In this document: positions 60,738 through 64,000 of the stretch, one piece after another | How positions within the stretch are numbered: the stretch's first letter is position 1 | How the letters are laid out: every line of letters begins with the position of its first letter | NCBI GenBank assembly: GCA_963840455.1 | Contig: CAWIYV010000007.1 | Location: 352,001 to 416,000, forward strand | DNA length: 64,000 nucleotides | Direction of reading: 5' to 3' | Source of the DNA: Nitrospirota bacterium | GTDB taxonomy: Bacteria > Nitrospirota > UBA9217 | The notes under the pieces: generated by a model | Databases searched by the model: none | What the model saw: only the letters and a program-made list of their open reading frames with translations | Told to the model about the DNA's origin: nothing | Made by a program: the position numbers and the translations under genes

Positions 60738-61942
60738 ACTTCATCGAGATATTCAGGGTCGCGCTGGAGGCCATCCTTTCGAACAAGGTGCGGTCCGGCT
60801 TAACCATGCTTGGCGTGATCATCGGGGTGCTCGCGGTGATCTTGCTGGTCTCGATCGGCGAAGGGGCACAGGTCTACATCACCAAGGAACTCACGGGCAT
60901 GGGAACGAACCTCCTCATGATCACACCGGGGAAAACGAGCACGAGCGGCGGCTTCCATCCTCCCTCAGCAGGAACAGTGCGCAAACTGACCTATGATGAT
61001 TCGCAGGCGCTCAAGCGCCGCGCCTGGCTCCTGAGCGATGCAGTACCGCTTGTGTTCGGCACCGGACGGATAAAATACCAGAACATGGGCCGCGACACCA
61101 TGATCATCGGAACAACGCCGGAGTTCCAGAGCATCCGGCACCTCTTCGTCGACACCGGCAGCTATGTGACCCAGGGGGATGTGGATTCCAAGGCGAAGAT
61201 CGTGGTGCTCGGCACGAAGGTGAAGGAGGAGCTGTTCGGCCAGGAGAATGCGCTCGGCAAGGCCGTGACACTTTCCGACGCCCGCTACCGCGTCGTCGGG
61301 GTGATGCAAAAGCGGGGGACGAGCCTTGGCATGGACCTCGATGATATCGTGTTCATACCCGTCACGAGCGGACAGGAGCTGTTCGACACCGATGGGCTGT
61401 TCGAGATCATCGCCTCGACACCCCGGGCAGAGGACGTGGACCGGGCCATCAGCCAGATCAAGGAGGTCCTGATTAAACGGCACGCGCACAAGGAGGATTT
61501 CACCATCCAGACCCAGGGTGCCATGCTCTCGACCATGAATACCATTTTGAACATCCTGACCGCGGTGCTCGGGGGCATTGCCGGAATCTCGCTGCTCGTG
61601 GGCGGGATCGGGATCATGAACATCATGCTGGTCTCTGTCCGCGAACGCACGCGGGAGATCGGCATCAGGAAGGCCATCGGTGCCCGGAACAGCGATATCA
61701 TGGCTCAGTTCATGATCGAGGCGATCACGCTGTCCGGCGTCGGCGGGGTCATTGGCATCGTGCTCGGTGTGGGCATCGCGCTCCTGATCCCGATGTTCGT
61801 CACGGTGCTCCCGACGAGCATATCGCTCTGGTCCATTGTGATGGCCTTCACCTTCTCCATGGCGGTCGGTGTGTTCTTTGGCGTGTACCCGGCCCGCAAG
61901 GCATCGCTTCAGGACCCTATCTCCGCACTACGCTACGAATAG
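60734..61942 (+). CDS. ABC transporter permease (MacB/FtsX-like)
   Basis: RS.LTMLG..IG, GGIGIMNIMLVSV.ERT.EIG.RKA.GA, ALRYE. Confidence 0.92.
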
Positions 61943-62019
61943 GTGGAAAATTGTACGCATATTTGGTATAGTTACTGGCAAGGAAACGATATAATTCGGA
62001 CGGCAGGAGGGTATTCTTG

Positions 62020-62523
62020 ATGGAAAAGCGAAGTGGCGTCTTTCTGGTGAAAACTGACTGGTGGTATATCGAACGACTTGTGTGGCTCATTGCCGGGACT
62101 GATGTGGTCTTGAGCTCGATCCTGACCGCGGTCCATAGCCCCAACTGGGCGTTCTCAATCCTCTTCGTCGGTGTCTGCTCCATAACCGTGGCGCTCACCG
62201 GTTTCTGCATTGTCGGAAATGCTCTCTACTTCCTCGGCGTGAGGCCGCTGGTGCCTGACAAAAGGACCTATGACAAGGGAAAATGGAACGGTCTGTATTT
62301 TATGGAGAACAATGAGTGGTTCCTGGAGCGGTACATCTACGTGTTCGTCGGCGTGAACCTGTCCATCAGTTCGATGCTGGCGCGCTTTGTCAGCCCCTAT
62401 TGGCTCTATTTCACCGGCTTTGTCGGCACCGCCACCATCCTCTTCGCCTTCACCGGCTTCTGCATCATGGCGAACTTCCTGTACCGCCTGGGTCTCGAGC
62501 CCCGGATGTGCCGGAACATCTGA
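62020..62523 (+). CDS. Membrane protein with two DUF2892 (YgaP-like) repeats
   Basis: Internal duplication: W..ER....G ... TGFCI..N.LY.LG occurs twice. Confidence 0.72.
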   Translation: MEKRSGVFLVKTDWWYIERLVWLIAGTDVVLSSILTAVHSPNWAFSILFVGVCSITVALTGFCIVGNALYFLGVRPLVPDKRTYDKGKWNGLYFMENNEWFLERYIYVFVGVNLSISSMLARFVSPYWLYFTGFVGTATILFAFTGFCIMANFLYRLGLEPRMCRNI

Positions 62524-62609
62524 ATGGTCGTGCAAGACTGTCGGAGGCATAGCACCTGCTTTGTCCGGCCATGCGCTCGTTCGATGGGTCAGTAGTCGGA
62601 TTCCGCTCG

Positions 62610-63068
62610 CTAGAACTTACCCGCGTGCCGCTCGAGCGTCGATCGCGCAATACGATAATCATCTCCTTCCTGCGTTCCCTCGATCCTGATCGGGAAACAG
62701 CCCCCGATGCCCTTCTCCAGCTTGTACACCGAATAGGTCGTATCACAGGCCCTGCATACGACGTAACCATCTTTAGACTCGTATCCAAGCTTCCGGGGAT
62801 AGCAGGTGAGACAGGCGTCCAGGAAGGAGAGGACCACGTCCTTCATCCGGATCACGAAGAAGTTGACATCTTTGCCTTTTGTTCGAAAGGAGTAGAACTG
62901 CGGCGTCTCAAGCGGGAGCGATGCCGTATGGATCACGACATTTTCGCCTTCGATCGGAGGCGCGGCATAGCGCGGCTGGCGGGAACAGGCCGCAAGTGAA
63001 GCGAAGGCTCCGACCAGGCACGAGGTCGCCAATAGATATTTGATGAAGGCAAGGCGAAAATGTCTCAT
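62610..63068 (-). CDS. DUF2318 family Cys-rich (Fe-S-type) lipoprotein
   Basis: LAAC lipobox-like; DACLTC, GY, VCRAC, GGCFPI. Confidence 0.75.
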   Translation of the reverse strand: MRHFRLAFIKYLLATSCLVGAFASLAACSRQPRYAAPPIEGENVVIHTASLPLETPQFYSFRTKGKDVNFFVIRMKDVVLSFLDACLTCYPRKLGYESKDGYVVCRACDTTYSVYKLEKGIGGCFPIRIEGTQEGDDYRIARSTLERHAGKF

Positions 63069-63139
63069 TGTGAACTCTTTTCCCAGGCGCACGGCAGGTA
63101 CGGATACAGGGCCGCGAGGACATCTGCAGCGGCATACCG

Positions 63140-63170
63140 CCCCGGGCAGATGCAGAGCATCCGCCCGGGG
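63140..63170 (-). other. GC-rich intergenic hairpin (mRNA stabiliser or pause site; no U-tract)
   Basis: CCCCGGGCGGATGC-TCT-GCATCTGCCCGGGG on the minus strand. Confidence 0.5.
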
Positions 63171-63179
63171 TTGAACGCC

Positions 63180-63701
63180 TTAATGCTTGTGCTCCATGGA
63201 CTGCGTTTTTTTCATCTTTCTCTTTTCCCGGATCATCTTTGTGTCCTCATACATGTCCGTGTAGGCTGACTTGATGACGTCGTCGAACGATGACAACGTG
63301 CCGCCGTTCGTTTTGATGAAGGCCTCGGCATCGTCCTTTTTCTCGAACGCCCATTTTCCACGCTTGGTCATCACGCCGGCCTTTGTGCCGCCGACAACCC
63401 AGAAGGCTTTCTCCGCATCGATGAGGGCTTTGGTCCCGAAATCCCCGACCTTGATCGCTGTCGGCGTTTTGTCGATGTTCATCGCCAGTTCGACTGCAGC
63501 GCAGTGGAGGCTGCAAACGCCCGTTGACGTACCATCGTCATACTCGATCAGCATCCGGGTAAAATCGAACTTCTGCCGGTCCATGCCGCAGTACTTGCAA
63601 CTCGGCGACTGCTTGACGTCGTCCTGCGCGACCGCCGTCATCGCCAACATCCCGAACACCACTGCCAATGCCAACGCCGCTGCTACGTTCTTCCTGTTCA
63701 T
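63180..63701 (-). CDS. NosL-family periplasmic metal-binding protein
   Basis: Signal peptide, CKYCGM, CSLHC, IDAEKAFWVVGG, AF.....A..F....GG. Confidence 0.82.
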   Translation of the reverse strand: MNRKNVAAALALAVVFGMLAMTAVAQDDVKQSPSCKYCGMDRQKFDFTRMLIEYDDGTSTGVCSLHCAAVELAMNIDKTPTAIKVGDFGTKALIDAEKAFWVVGGTKAGVMTKRGKWAFEKKDDAEAFIKTNGGTLSSFDDVIKSAYTDMYEDTKMIREKRKMKKTQSMEHKH

Positions 63702-63786
63702 ATGCCCCTCCTTGAATGAGAAATGGTGCTGCAAGCCGGATCTCCCGTATCAGAGAAGATTAGTATCCTGATTGATACCTGTCCAA

Positions 63787-64000
63787 CTACCGGACCTCCC
63801 GGGCGAGATCCTCCCGCGCCGCTGCAAGCGCCTCGTTCCAGGTGATGATCGCCCCGTCGTAGCGCTCGATGAACGCCTCTGCCGAGGCCCGGGTCGCAAA
63901 AGCCCACTTGGGCCGGTCCGTCATGACACCCCGCTTCGCGCCTCCCATGACCCATGCCGCTTTCTCCGCATCGATCAATGTCCGGTCATTACGGTCGGCC
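63787..64000 (-). CDS. Second NosL-family protein (5' partial)
   Basis: IDAEKAAWVMGGAKRGVMT..KWAF parallels the neighbouring gene; the frame runs off the window end. Confidence 0.78.
   Translation of the reverse strand, partial: ADRNDRTLIDAEKAAWVMGGAKRGVMTDRPKWAFATRASAEAFIERYDGAIITWNEALAAAREDLAREVR

Noticed and set aside
63180-64000. Evidence for N2O reduction
   Set aside because: NosL-like proteins occur widely without nosZ, and no nos genes are in the window.

Overview
Bacterial chromosomal window with two compositionally distinct parts. (1) 1-~19.56 kb is an AT-richer, all-plus-strand cell-surface glycan locus. It holds the 3' end of a Wzt-type ABC ATPase, GT4/GT2/GT11/GT9 and other glycosyltransferases, a DegT aminotransferase with a GNAT, four methyltransferases, and a GT2-GtrA fusion with a GT-C-like membrane protein. 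It also has two decayed paralog fragments and a tight patch of frameshifts at 12.9-14.5 kb. (2) ~19.57-64 kb is GC-rich core-like DNA. In order: TPR lipoprotein with HAMP-GGDEF cyclase, PBP1A, SOD-cobO, an uncharacterised exported-protein cluster (LPP20-like x2, TPR-SLH lipoprotein, transglutaminase-like, FecR-like), fur-feoB-dtxR/feoA, Rrf2-ccoNOQPGIS (cbb3 oxidase), TetR-TolC-RND without an adaptor gene, mqnA, a CDF transporter, and a putative sphingolipid locus. Most notable is that locus: SDR reductase, serine palmitoyltransferase, GNAT ceramide synthase, CTP-dependent lipid kinase and a PAP2/Aur1-like enzyme. It sits back-to-back with a TolC-SRPBCC/START-MFP-MacB-type ABC exporter. The window ends with DUF2892, DUF2318 and two NosL-like genes. 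Several genes appear to be leaderless. No rRNA, tRNA, CRISPR array or transposase was recognised. Gene content suggests a Nitrospirota/deltaproteobacterium-like diderm (inference only). All family calls come from motif recognition by eye, not database searches.
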